Of a stretch of 64,000 bases of DNA, positions 40,497 through 50,352 are shown piece by piece. The stretch is from Bdellovibrionota bacterium (lineage in GTDB: Bacteria; Bdellovibrionota_C; UBA2361; JAAYZI01). Numbering within the stretch: the first letter of the stretch is position 1; each line of letters opens with the position of its first letter. The notes beneath the pieces were generated by a model, which saw only the letters and a list, made by a program, of their open reading frames with translations, made no database searches and had not been told where the DNA came from. The stretch spans positions 832,001 through 896,000 of the forward strand of contig JBMNIF010000002.1 of NCBI GenBank assembly GCA_050950765.1, written 5' to 3'. The position numbers and the translations under genes were made by a program.

Positions 40497-41378
40497 TTAC
40501 AGGAACGGATAAAGTTGCTCTAATGTAGCTGCAACCCCTAGCATAACAACAAACAGTGCACAAAGACCAGCACTCTTGAGGGTAAAATGGCGGGGTAAGA
40601 TAGCAGTCTTTGGAGTCTTGTAGAGTTGGTTTATAACAGGAAGTGCTGCTAAAATTGTCAATAAAGTTGCTTGATAATATACGGAAAGGATGTGTAAAGG
40701 GATGAGAATGCCGATAAGAGAAGGGGCGGCTATAATTAGTCCGGCATAGCCTTTTGAAAAGCGTACCAATGAAAGAGGAACCTCTAGCAAGGGCTCTGAG
40801 AGACGTTTTGCTTTGCGGTTATTTTTTTCTGTGTTTGTAAGCTTCTTAAATTGTGTTTCGATATATTGTGCCAGATAAACGGAAGTTGTCATTAGAGCTA
40901 AGGGGATACTACACATAAGTACAATATCAATATTGTAAATCCGTAGTAGTCGAAAACTTACACAACCTGCGATGGTGTCAAAGATGAACACTAAAAAAAG
41001 ATATGGAAGGATCTTTTTTGCAAAACGGAGTTCGGCAGCTTTTAACATCATCATTATTACGATGATATAAAAAGTAATATCTGTTAGGTGCAGGCGTAGT
41101 AGTTGTAACGCCACAATCATCGCTAAAAAACAGCAGATAAGGCGTGCATAAAAAAAACAGGCCTCTTTAGTTGAAGGTTTCTCTCCTGTGGAGTTTTTGT
41201 TTTCAGAAAAAGTTTTGATAATTAAATTAACGGAGATGCTTAACGGAATAAATAAAAGTGCTAAAAGGAAATATGCTTTTAGTAGAGAATGACTTTGAGC
41301 GACTATCTCTTTATGTGACGAAAAAAAGAGCGCCAAAACAAAAGGAAAAAAGCGTAATAGATCTATGACGTATTTCAT
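40497..41378 (-). CDS. Hypothetical multi-pass membrane protein
   Basis: ~8-9 hydrophobic segments. Confidence 0.7.
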   Translation of the reverse strand: MKYVIDLLRFFPFVLALFFSSHKEIVAQSHSLLKAYFLLALLFIPLSISVNLIIKTFSENKNSTGEKPSTKEACFFYARLICCFLAMIVALQLLRLHLTDITFYIIVIMMMLKAAELRFAKKILPYLFLVFIFDTIAGCVSFRLLRIYNIDIVLMCSIPLALMTTSVYLAQYIETQFKKLTNTEKNNRKAKRLSEPLLEVPLSLVRFSKGYAGLIIAAPSLIGILIPLHILSVYYQATLLTILAALPVINQLYKTPKTAILPRHFTLKSAGLCALFVVMLGVAATLEQLYPFL

Positions 41379-41459
41379 CTGAATTTTTATTTAAAAATTA
41401 AATAATTTTTCTTGTCTAAAAAGGGGATTTTATGTTGCTTTTTGTTAAGCATCAATAAC

Positions 41460-44219
41460 TTAATTAAGCCTCTTTAAACCTGCCGGTAATTTTTCTCCAA
41501 AAAGGATGGATTGATCAGCCTCTTTAAATTCGACAAATTCGGTTATGGGCTTAATTTCCTCTGTAGTAGCACGACTCTGCTTCATCTTTTCAATGATATA
41601 TCTCCGATCGGCGTCTGAAATATCTCTGACACGGTCATTTGTAAGCCTCGTAGCTTGCAAGCAGGCGTATTTGAGCTGCTCGTATGGCGGCTTATTCCAG
41701 TCTAATTTATCCAGCTGCTTAAACCATGACATAACTTTACTTGGTACTACAACGGAGTTTAGTTCTGCATAGAGTGGTACTCGTGAAGCAACTCTTCCTA
41801 GTGCCCAACAAAATTGATCTTGTCCACTTAGTCCGCTGCGGAGTAGTCGCCGCACAATCAGGTCGCCGATCTGCATTCTAAAATCCATATCAATACGTTC
41901 TAACGCTGCTGCTAAACGAAAAAGCTCAGGGTTATCCGAATTACGGGTGTTAAGTTGTCGCGTAATGACAGCAAAGAGTGCATTTTGACGCTCTCGATTA
42001 AGTCCTCCCGCAACACGACGCCACATAATTGCCCACTGAATCTGAGCACTTTGTTCTTTTGGAAAGGCTAGCCCCAACTCAAAAACTCTCCATAGCTCCG
42101 TGATTCTAAAATCATCTAGCTCCGATCCGAAACCAGGTCGCAAAATAAAACCTGCTAGATTTAACCAAGTGCATTCGTGTGCAAGTGAACGGTTGCGCCG
42201 TGTTAAGCCAACTGCAAGGTCTTTCCAGAGAGCGCGTAAAAACGGTAGTGGCCAAGAGGTGCGCTCAAGTTCTGTAATTTTTTCTAAATCACGTATTAAA
42301 GTTTTTGGTGTCTGTTTTGTATTTGTGGGAGTGGTCTTTGAAGGCTTTCCGTAATACTTCAAAATAAGGTCTGAACAAGATCGGTGTGTATCTTTAGAGA
42401 TTATTACTTCATCACTGTGACGAAGTTTTTTTGAAGTAGCGCTATTTTTTAAAGAGAAAGAGATCTTACTGAGAGGCTTACCACCTTTTGTTACGCAGAA
42501 TAGTTCTAAAAGCCCTGTCTCTGTTAAAACTGAATTAATGATGACATTAACCGCACCATCTTTTGCTGAAGAGTTTGAAGTTAAAGGGATGATAGTTTGT
42601 AAAGGAGGTAAGATAGGGTGAAAATCGGTGTGATTTAACTGCACGATATCTCCTGCTTTATCAGAAGGACGCACTCCTGAATTAAAGAGTTGAAAACGAG
42701 CTGGTTGATTTACTGTTAGCATAAAGGAGTGCTGCTTGATGGTTACGGAGCCGCCACTTTCAAAACCTTTCGGTAAAAGGCAGAGTAGTTCTGGTTCTTT
42801 TTTGGTACCATCTGATTGCAGCTCAAGGTATACCGAACGCGGATATCCGCCACTGATCTTCCCTATTTTATCCTGTAAGATCTTACCGAAACGAGCAGCT
42901 CCGCAGGCAACTGATAGATCCATGTCATCGCTTGGAAGGAGGATAGGGGGACGACCTTTTTGCCACGTTGTTAACGTTTCCAAGATCCTTGTTTGTAAAA
43001 ATAAAGGCTTCAAAGTACCGCCATTAAAAAGGACGGCATCAATCGGAGTATCTTTAAGAAAGGCAGCTAAATGTTTTGTAATGGCTGTATCATTTACATA
43101 GGGGAGACCAAACTCTTTTAAGCCGCCGAGTTTTTTTGTAGGCGTAGCATCGGCGGAACAGAGAGGAAAAAAACCATCTAAAAGGATAGAGTAGATCTCT
43201 TTACGTGTAATAGAGGTGCTAAGGGTTGAAGAAAATAGTTCAGAACCTGCGCTTAAAATAGAGACGTAATAGGTAGTTTCTTCAGATTCTGTTGTATCGC
43301 TTAAGACACGCTCTTTTAAGAGGCGTGCTTGAAAAACAAGATCTTGCCACTGTTTTGTAGAAAGTTTTGAAGTTTGAAGCTTTTTTTCAAGATCTAACGC
43401 TAGCGTTAGGTCGATATTATCACCGCCAAGTAAGATATGATTACTGACTGCGATACGCTCGATTGAAAGATCGTTATTTTTTTTAGTGGGTGTTATTTTA
43501 AAGAGGCTGAAATCAGTAGTGCCTCCCCCCACATCGCAGATCAGGATTGTACTTGAAGGTGTTGGCAGATATTCAGAGAGTTGATGTTTCTCTAACCAAC
43601 TATAAAAAGCAGCTTGTGGCTCCTCTAAAAGTCTTACATCTTGCGGGTATGCTGCTTTACTTGCTGCTTCAAGGGTTAAGTGTTGTGCAACTTCATCAAA
43701 TGATGCCGGAACCGTTATTGTAACGTCCTGTTTTTCAAAAACGGTGTCAGGGTCGTCTTTTGCTATAGTGGCGTTCCAAACTTGGCGTAAGTAATCGAGA
43801 TAGTATGCTGAAGCTTCTAGTGGTGAAATCTTTTCTTTCGATGGGATAGAATCAGATCCCCACGGTAGGATTGGAGCGCTTCGATCGATATCAGCAAAGC
43901 TAAGCCACGATTTTGCAGATTGCACCACACGTTCAGGTAGTGAAGAGATCTTATTTTTGGCGAAGGCTCCAACTGCGAAGTTTATATATTGTTCTTCTGA
44001 AGTGTTCCAAGGTGTTTTTAAAAGGTCTTTTTTAATTTCTTGCGGAGTTGCGATGTAATAACAGGAAGGTAAGGTTTCTTGCTCGATAATCTGACCGATC
44101 TCGTGCAGTTGCGGAATTTTTAAAATTTGGGTGGTAGCTTTTTCAGATAGAGTATCGCAATACGCTAAGGCGCAGTTCGTAGTGCCGAGATCAATGCCGA
44201 TTTTATAGCGCTTTTTCAT
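41460..44219 (-). CDS. Hsp70-family protein with DUF3731-like C-terminal domain
   Basis: IGIDLGTTN, TVPASFDE, EEPQAA, DVGGGTTDF, LGGDNID, LFNGG; C-terminal WLNLAGFILRPGFG, MWRRVAGGL, LFGEKLPAGL. Confidence 0.85.
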   Translation of the reverse strand: MKKRYKIGIDLGTTNCALAYCDTLSEKATTQILKIPQLHEIGQIIEQETLPSCYYIATPQEIKKDLLKTPWNTSEEQYINFAVGAFAKNKISSLPERVVQSAKSWLSFADIDRSAPILPWGSDSIPSKEKISPLEASAYYLDYLRQVWNATIAKDDPDTVFEKQDVTITVPASFDEVAQHLTLEAASKAAYPQDVRLLEEPQAAFYSWLEKHQLSEYLPTPSSTILICDVGGGTTDFSLFKITPTKKNNDLSIERIAVSNHILLGGDNIDLTLALDLEKKLQTSKLSTKQWQDLVFQARLLKERVLSDTTESEETTYYVSILSAGSELFSSTLSTSITRKEIYSILLDGFFPLCSADATPTKKLGGLKEFGLPYVNDTAITKHLAAFLKDTPIDAVLFNGGTLKPLFLQTRILETLTTWQKGRPPILLPSDDMDLSVACGAARFGKILQDKIGKISGGYPRSVYLELQSDGTKKEPELLCLLPKGFESGGSVTIKQHSFMLTVNQPARFQLFNSGVRPSDKAGDIVQLNHTDFHPILPPLQTIIPLTSNSSAKDGAVNVIINSVLTETGLLELFCVTKGGKPLSKISFSLKNSATSKKLRHSDEVIISKDTHRSCSDLILKYYGKPSKTTPTNTKQTPKTLIRDLEKITELERTSWPLPFLRALWKDLAVGLTRRNRSLAHECTWLNLAGFILRPGFGSELDDFRITELWRVFELGLAFPKEQSAQIQWAIMWRRVAGGLNRERQNALFAVITRQLNTRNSDNPELFRLAAALERIDMDFRMQIGDLIVRRLLRSGLSGQDQFCWALGRVASRVPLYAELNSVVVPSKVMSWFKQLDKLDWNKPPYEQLKYACLQATRLTNDRVRDISDADRRYIIEKMKQSRATTEEIKPITEFVEFKEADQSILFGEKLPAGLKRLN

Positions 44220-44274
44220 AACGATAGAGAGGTAGCACGTTCTTAAGTAAAAGGGTAGTTTTTTTACAATGTAC

Positions 44275-44412
44275 TAAGATCTTTTTTTCACCCTAGTATC
44301 TGTTTTTTTAGAGTGTTTTAAGAAATTTTTTTCCACCCTAGCATCTGTTTTTTAGAGTGTTTTAAGATCATCTTTCTATTTTACTATCTGTTTTTAGAAT
44401 ACATTAAGATCT
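44275..44412. repeat. Three-copy ~45-bp degenerate tandem repeat
   Basis: CACCCTAG.ATCTGTTTTTTAGAGTGTTTTAAGA at ~44289 and ~44334, third copy degenerate. Confidence 0.75.
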
Positions 44413-44470
44413 TTTTATGTTTATTAAGGGGATAATAAAAACAATATTCTTTAATGAACAATAGTAAGGT

Positions 44471-44920
44471 TTAGACATACTCATCATCATTACCTCCTGT
44501 TACAATAACACCTAAGGTTCGTAATCTATCGATCATAAGGCAGATTCGGCGTTGGGCTTCTTCTACATCACTTATTTGAAGTGGTGGGAGTGATTGCAGG
44601 TCATCTTGAACAAGACGACGCTTCCCAGAAGACATATTGCGAAATAACGCTTCTGAAACTTCAGGAGAAGCTGCTTTTAGTGAAGTGACTAAATCTTTGT
44701 GGTCAACTTCTTTAATAAGGCGTTGAATACTGATGTCGGTAATCTCTACTATGTCCTCAAAGTTTATAATATTTAGAGAGATGGCTTGAAACAGTTCAGG
44801 ATCTTGAGTGATGATGGCGTTTAGAAGACGCTTTTTTTGAGTAGGTGGTAGGCTATTAAGAATTTTAGCGGCAACTCGAGGACCGTTTATCTTCTCATCG
44901 TTTCTATTGCTGTTTTCCAT
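44471..44920 (-). CDS. Stand-alone FliG C-terminal-domain-like protein
   Basis: GPRVAAKILN, FEDI..ITDISIQRLIKEVD..L..SLK, FRNMS, DVEEAQRRI. Confidence 0.75.
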   Translation of the reverse strand: MENSNRNDEKINGPRVAAKILNSLPPTQKKRLLNAIITQDPELFQAISLNIINFEDIVEITDISIQRLIKEVDHKDLVTSLKAASPEVSEALFRNMSSGKRRLVQDDLQSLPPLQISDVEEAQRRICLMIDRLRTLGVIVTGGNDDEYV

Positions 44921-45086
44921 ATCTTGTTCCTCAGGAGGTGCGTCCGAATTAAAAGCGATGAGGTCACTTTAAAGTGTTATTAAAAATGGCACAATATTTT
45001 AAAGGTGTGTAGAGAATAAAGAGGTGGTTATTTTAGTCTGTATTAAAGATCTAAAATTGTAATGATAAAAAGGAAGGGAGAGGAAG

Positions 45087-45115
45087 AGTCGGCTTTTTAT
45101 AACAAAAAGCCGACT
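45087..45115 (-). terminator. Terminator hairpin after the HAD gene
   Basis: AGTCGGCTTTTT / AAAAAGCCGACT. Confidence 0.65.
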
Positions 45116-45132
45116 ACAAAAGTTTTGTTCAA

Positions 45133-46014
45133 TTAGACTGGAAGCAACAGTTCGATTATTGTTTGGATCTTATACAAGTTGTCATAAAGGTTACGTATGT
45201 CGTGAACATGATCATCACGAAGCATTCTTTCAACTTCAGCTACATCTAAATAGCATATGCCGTGACAGCCAGCGTTTTTAGCAGCTTTTATGCCGTTAAG
45301 ACTATCTTCAATGACTACGATCTGCCCTGTGGGAAGCCCAAGCCCTTCTGCCACTAAGCAAAGCGGTTCAGGATTTGGTTTCTTGTAACGGACTTCATCA
45401 CCACACACAATGCAATCAAAAAAACCGCTAATTCCGGTTGATCCTAATTTTACTTCAAGACTCTTTCTGGAAGAAGACGATGCGATTCCAATGGGGAACC
45501 CGTGACACTTAAGCGCTTGCAAAGTTTCAAGCACTTCTGGGCGCAGCATCTGGGAACGTCTAGTTTTGAACAGAACTTTGAGGGTTCTGTTAACCATGGA
45601 AATTATATCGTCAGCATTTAGATCCGAGACTTTAGCGTTTCCGAGTTTGCTGTTCAGCATCTCTCGAAAATCTTCATAGTCGTGTGAATCGATACGTTGT
45701 TGATTCTCTTCAATAGAGAAATCTGCGCCTAGCTTTCTCAAGATAAAGGAGAATGCCAGCCATTGGTAGAACTCACTTTTAAAGAGAGTTCCGTCGGCAT
45801 CGAAAATAACACCATCCAAATTGCGATCCTCTATGAGGGTTAACGTTTTGAACAGCAAGCTATATTCCAAGCTGTATCTCGGATCCGGAATTATAAGACC
45901 GCTGTTTTCTTCTGAACCTTTTTTGAAGTCTTGCAGTACAGAATCGATAAACGAAAGTATCCTAGAGGGTGTAATGCCCCTAGATGAAAAAACGTTGAGT
46001 AAAAAGGGAGACAT
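45133..46014 (-). CDS. HAD-family phosphatase (beta-phosphoglucomutase-like)
   Basis: IFDADGTL, IASSS, KKPNPE, IEDSLNGI.AAK.AG. Confidence 0.85.
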   Translation of the reverse strand: MSPFLLNVFSSRGITPSRILSFIDSVLQDFKKGSEENSGLIIPDPRYSLEYSLLFKTLTLIEDRNLDGVIFDADGTLFKSEFYQWLAFSFILRKLGADFSIEENQQRIDSHDYEDFREMLNSKLGNAKVSDLNADDIISMVNRTLKVLFKTRRSQMLRPEVLETLQALKCHGFPIGIASSSSRKSLEVKLGSTGISGFFDCIVCGDEVRYKKPNPEPLCLVAEGLGLPTGQIVVIEDSLNGIKAAKNAGCHGICYLDVAEVERMLRDDHVHDIRNLYDNLYKIQTIIELLLPV

Positions 46015-46320
46015 TGAAAAACCTCCATGTCTATCTAAGGGTGAAAAACCTTGTCATCTACCAAGCCCAATTGTTACTGTGGATCGTAACAAGTCTTTAT
46101 TTTTAAAACAAATTTTTCCTTAACTTCCGAGCGTGGACACTTTTTTTAGAATAAATTTTCAAATAATCTTAACTAATTCTTTTTCAATCAGAATAGAACG
46201 GGGAGTATTGACCGCTTGCATCTTAAGGTAAAAAAGCGAAAACAGAGAATTCTCCGCTTTTTTCGGAGTGAAAATAATTTTATATGTCGTTTTTAGCTCA
46301 CCGTTAAAAGCTTCTAGGTG

Positions 46321-46333
46321 GAGGGTGGCACCA
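46321..46333 (+). repeat. Solo REP-like copy
   Basis: GAGGGTGGCACCA; adjacent TAAAAACTTTAAAAAAACTCGGAAG recurs (one A shorter) at ~55075. Confidence 0.55.
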
Positions 46334-46384
46334 TTAAAAACTTTAAAAAAACTCGGAAGCTGGAAAGTTTAGAACCATCAGGTC

Positions 46385-46801
46385 TTATTGAGCATGTTGA
46401 AGATTTAATTCGGAAAGCCCCTGTCTGGCATCACGTTCAATTTTTTCAAGGGCTACTTTGCAGTACTCAAAACGTATTTTGCCAAGATTCTCTTCCCCGA
46501 GCTCTTCAACTAAGAGGTATAGCGACTTTGCTAAGGCTTGCGCTAGGACGAGTATCCCGTCAAGTTGACACCTGTTTTCCCCGATTACAGTAAGTATGAT
46601 CTGGCTAACTTCTTCTATCTTTTGAGTGTAAAGATCCCATTTTTGAACACCATACTGTTCCAGCTCTTGAGGTGTTCTTTGCATGGCGCGAGCTATCTGA
46701 GTATCAATATTATGCAATGCTGCCAGTAGATTGCTCTCTAGCAGGAGCACTTTATTTTTTTCTTTTTTCATATAAGTGTCATCCATCGTTATAAATAGCA
46801 C
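46385..46801 (-). CDS. Hypothetical helical protein
   Basis: ORF directly downstream of mtnN. Confidence 0.6.
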   Translation of the reverse strand: MLFITMDDTYMKKEKNKVLLLESNLLAALHNIDTQIARAMQRTPQELEQYGVQKWDLYTQKIEEVSQIILTVIGENRCQLDGILVLAQALAKSLYLLVEELGEENLGKIRFEYCKVALEKIERDARQGLSELNLQHAQ

Positions 46802-47564
46802 GCAAGATCTCTTTTGAAAAAGGGTGCCAGATGTCTCGTGTAAAAAGGGAGAAGTTTGCTAGGCTGCTCTGCGTCGCCGTATCTGAAACAACACGGATGA
46901 CAGTTAGTGGTTTTTTATATTCGTGACAAACTTGCGCTAAGGCACCTCCCTCCATATCAACGCAGGTGGCATCTGGAATTAACTCTAAAAGAGTATCTTT
47001 TTGCTCTTTTGTAGATATCACTTGGTCTCCTGTTGCCACAACACCGTTAAATAGGCGAGGAGAGGAGATCTGAAAACGGGTCAACTTTTCAGGTGAGATG
47101 TCAGATATAATGGAGCGATCTTCAATTATCTTAGAAAGGGCAGTTGCCTTACGGTGTAACTGATTGGAATCAATCTCAAAAAAAGGTTTTTTAAGTAACG
47201 GAGTGGCGAAACGTTTTAAAACAGGACGTCCATCAAAGTCGTGCTGGACAAGGCTTTTTGCGAGGACGATGTCTCCGATCCTAAGTTGTGGAGCAAGTGC
47301 ACCGCAGGTGCCAAGCGCGATTATTTCATCAACGTGATAGTGTTGCAGTAGTACTGCACAACAGGAAGCAGCGGCGACTTTTCCTATGGAAGATGCAGCT
47401 GCTACTGTTTCCACACCGTAGATACTTCCGCGAAAGTAATCGCGAGAACCGATCCTTTCACACTGCTTCTTTTCTAGTATCTCAATGATTCCGCTAAGTT
47501 CTACGTCTAGTGCGGTGATTATGCCGCTAAGCTTCTTCTTCATCGTCAGGTCGTTGACTCCCAT
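46779..47564 (-). CDS. mtnN: 5'-methylthioadenosine/S-adenosylhomocysteine nucleosidase
   Basis: SIGKVAAA, GTCGAL, GDIV..QHD, TGDQ, VDMEGGALAQV, IRVVSD. Confidence 0.88.
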   Translation of the reverse strand: MGVNDLTMKKKLSGIITALDVELSGIIEILEKKQCERIGSRDYFRGSIYGVETVAAASSIGKVAAASCCAVLLQHYHVDEIIALGTCGALAPQLRIGDIVLAKSLVQHDFDGRPVLKRFATPLLKKPFFEIDSNQLHRKATALSKIIEDRSIISDISPEKLTRFQISSPRLFNGVVATGDQVISTKEQKDTLLELIPDATCVDMEGGALAQVCHEYKKPLTVIRVVSDTATQSSLANFSLFTRDIWHPFSKEILRAIYNDG

Positions 47565-47907
47565 TTAATCTGCTAATCATCCTAAGCGGATTAATTATAT
47601 TCGGATAGCTACTCTTTTTGAAGTTTTAAAGTGGTGATATTTTGAATATTAATCAGAAAAAGATATCGGATGAAGCTAGCAAGGTCTGATGGGGGGTGTG
47701 TGTATCGTATCTTGCGGAGGGGCAGATGCCCTGTTGTTATCTAAAAACAGACTATAAGGTAGCGCTTTTTATCTAAATTAAATAAAAATCTGGCGTGGAA
47801 AATCAGGCGTGGTGTTGTTAGCTTGATTTTTGAAGCTACTGAAGGTGTATATTAAAGCTCTTCTTAACGGGTGTTAATTTTAATGGCAACAAGGTAAAGT
47901 CTGAGGC

Positions 47908-49782
47908 ATGGATAAAATATATAAATCAGAAGACCAAGATGAAGCAGCAGTAGAGCTAGTTAAAGCTTTGACTGCAAAGCTTTCTGGGAAAGAGATCAGT
48001 TGTGAAAAAGGGCAGGTAGAATTAACACTTACCACCGCAGAAGCTATTCCTACCTTTAAAGTATTACGCGATGACACTGAGCTGCAATTTAATCTGTTGT
48101 TGAACGTTACGGCTGTTGATTTTTTAGATAAGACTTTTCCTTTAAAGAAAGGTAATGAACGCTTTGTGGTTGTGTACCACCTCTTAAGTTTACCCTTTAA
48201 GCGTCGTTTACGGGTTAAGCTTGTTGTACCAAGTGAAACCATGCAGGTTCCTTCCGTTTCTTCACTTTGGAAGAGTGCGCTTTTTATGGAGCGTGAAGTT
48301 TTTGATATGTTCGGTGTGAGATTTGAGGGGCACCCCGATCTCCGTCGCATCTTGATGTATGATGAATTCGAAGGACATCCGTTAAGGAAAGATTATCCGA
48401 TAGGATTAAAACAACCACGAATTAAATTGTTGCAGCCTGAAACTTCTAATGACGCTCTTAAAATGAGTCGCCCTGAATTAGTACACCTTAAAAAACAACG
48501 CTCTGATTCAGAGGGAGGCTATCCTCTCTCTTTTGGCGTGCCGCCGCAGGGTGCAACGGATGGGGGCTTGAAAATAAAGTTGCAACCTTCTGTTGTAGAT
48601 ATAGATGATGACCTGCATAGTGAAAGCTCTATTATTAGCATCGGACCATCACATCCTGCAACGCACGGTACGGTACGGATTGTTGCTGAAGTTGTAGGAG
48701 AGAGTGTTGTCAATGCCGATGTTGAGGTTGGCTATCTACATCGTGGTTTTGAGAAGATGGCTGAAGCGGGAACTTATGCGCAGCTTTTGCCGTATACTGA
48801 TAGATTAAACTACGTTTCTCCATTGATTAACAATGTCGGCTGGTGTTTAACAGTTGAACGTCTTCTGGGGATATCAGTTCCGAAGCGTAATCAATATATC
48901 CGTGTCTTGATGTCGGAGATATCGAGAGTTTGTGATCACTTGACCTGCATCGGTGCTTCTGCCATGGAGTTGGGTGCGTTTACAGTGATGTTATACCTGA
49001 TGCAGGCTAGGGAGTACCTTTGGGATCTGATCGAAGAGGTAACAGGGGCTAGGTTAACGGCATCATATGTGAGGATCGGCAGCTTGCGTTATGATCTACC
49101 TGTTGGGTTCGAAGTAAAGTTGGCAGAATCTTTTAAGAAAGTTCGTAGCCTTGTTTCTATGGTGGATAGATTATTAAGTCGCAATCGAATTTTTTTAAAT
49201 AGGATGTATGGTGTAGCAACTATTACACCGGAAGAAGCTCTCTCGTATGGTTTAACGGGACCGCTGCTGCGTGCCAGTGGTGTTAATTATGATGTTAGAA
49301 AGGCTTTTCCTTATTGTAGTTATGAGGATTTTGATTTTGAAGTTCCGTTAGGTGTGAACGGAGATAATTACGATCGGTATCAGGTAAGGATGTTAGAGAT
49401 TGAGCAATCATTAAGGATTGCTGAGCAGGCGCTTTCAAAGATGCCTGCTGGGGAGATCTCGGCAGAAGAGCCTGCTGTGGTGTTGCCGGATAAGGAGCAG
49501 GTCTATAACACGATTGAGGGTGAGATCCGACACTTTAAATTAATTATCGATGGAGTGCAGCCACCTGCGGGAGAGGTATACCTTCCGGTAGAAGGTGGAA
49601 ACGGAGAGCTCGCTTTTTATACCGTTTCCGATGGGAGTGGGCATCCGTATAGGGTGCATGTTAGAGCGCCCTCATTCGTGGCGATGGGAATTTTTAAGGA
49701 GCTTTTAAAAGGTTTGAATCTGGCTGATATCATCGCCACCTTCGGAATGATTAATATGATTGGCGGAGAGTGCGATCGTTAG
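47908..49782 (+). CDS. nuoCD: NADH-quinone oxidoreductase fused subunit C/D
   Basis: EREVFDMFG..GHPDLRRIL..GHPLRKDYP (NuoC); GPSHPATHG, GYLHRGFEK, TDRLNY, GECDR (NuoD). Confidence 0.93.
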   Translation: MDKIYKSEDQDEAAVELVKALTAKLSGKEISCEKGQVELTLTTAEAIPTFKVLRDDTELQFNLLLNVTAVDFLDKTFPLKKGNERFVVVYHLLSLPFKRRLRVKLVVPSETMQVPSVSSLWKSALFMEREVFDMFGVRFEGHPDLRRILMYDEFEGHPLRKDYPIGLKQPRIKLLQPETSNDALKMSRPELVHLKKQRSDSEGGYPLSFGVPPQGATDGGLKIKLQPSVVDIDDDLHSESSIISIGPSHPATHGTVRIVAEVVGESVVNADVEVGYLHRGFEKMAEAGTYAQLLPYTDRLNYVSPLINNVGWCLTVERLLGISVPKRNQYIRVLMSEISRVCDHLTCIGASAMELGAFTVMLYLMQAREYLWDLIEEVTGARLTASYVRIGSLRYDLPVGFEVKLAESFKKVRSLVSMVDRLLSRNRIFLNRMYGVATITPEEALSYGLTGPLLRASGVNYDVRKAFPYCSYEDFDFEVPLGVNGDNYDRYQVRMLEIEQSLRIAEQALSKMPAGEISAEEPAVVLPDKEQVYNTIEGEIRHFKLIIDGVQPPAGEVYLPVEGGNGELAFYTVSDGSGHPYRVHVRAPSFVAMGIFKELLKGLNLADIIATFGMINMIGGECDR

Positions 49783-49847
49783 GTGAATGCGTAGTAAGGG
49801 TAGGTAGTAAGAGAGGATTGCAAAGTCGCAATTTTGGAGTTGAAAAG

Positions 49848-50351
49848 ATGTTGTCCGATAATTTAAAGGCAAAGATAGAACAACTTAAAAAATTATATCC
49901 GCAGCCACGTTCTGCTATTATGCCTGCTTTGCATATTGCGCAGGAAGAGGAGGGCTTTGTTTCGGAACAGATGATGCTAGATCTGGCGGAAGAGTTTGGA
50001 ATAACACCTATTCAAGTTAAAGAATTAGTCTCTTTTTATACGATGTATAAAACTAAGCCCGTTGGAAAGTATCATGTGCGAGTTTGTAGAACGCTCACTT
50101 GCGCTGTATTGGGAGCGAAATCACTGCAACAAGCTCTGATAGAGAGGCTACATCTTAAAGAGGGAGAGGTCTCGAAAGATGGGATGTGGAGCTATGAAGT
50201 TGTAGAGTGTTTAGGATCGTGCGGGACGGGTCCTGTGGTGCAGATAAATGATACCCTTTTTGAACAGATGACACCTGAAAAACTTTCTAAGCTTATGGAT
50301 AAAATTGAGATTGAAAAGCCGGATCTGAAACTACATGAGGAATGCAGATAA
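49848..50351 (+). CDS. nuoE: NADH-quinone oxidoreductase subunit E
   Basis: SFYTMY, VCRTLTC, ECLGSC. Confidence 0.92.
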   Translation: MLSDNLKAKIEQLKKLYPQPRSAIMPALHIAQEEEGFVSEQMMLDLAEEFGITPIQVKELVSFYTMYKTKPVGKYHVRVCRTLTCAVLGAKSLQQALIERLHLKEGEVSKDGMWSYEVVECLGSCGTGPVVQINDTLFEQMTPEKLSKLMDKIEIEKPDLKLHEECR

Positions 50352-50352
50352 A

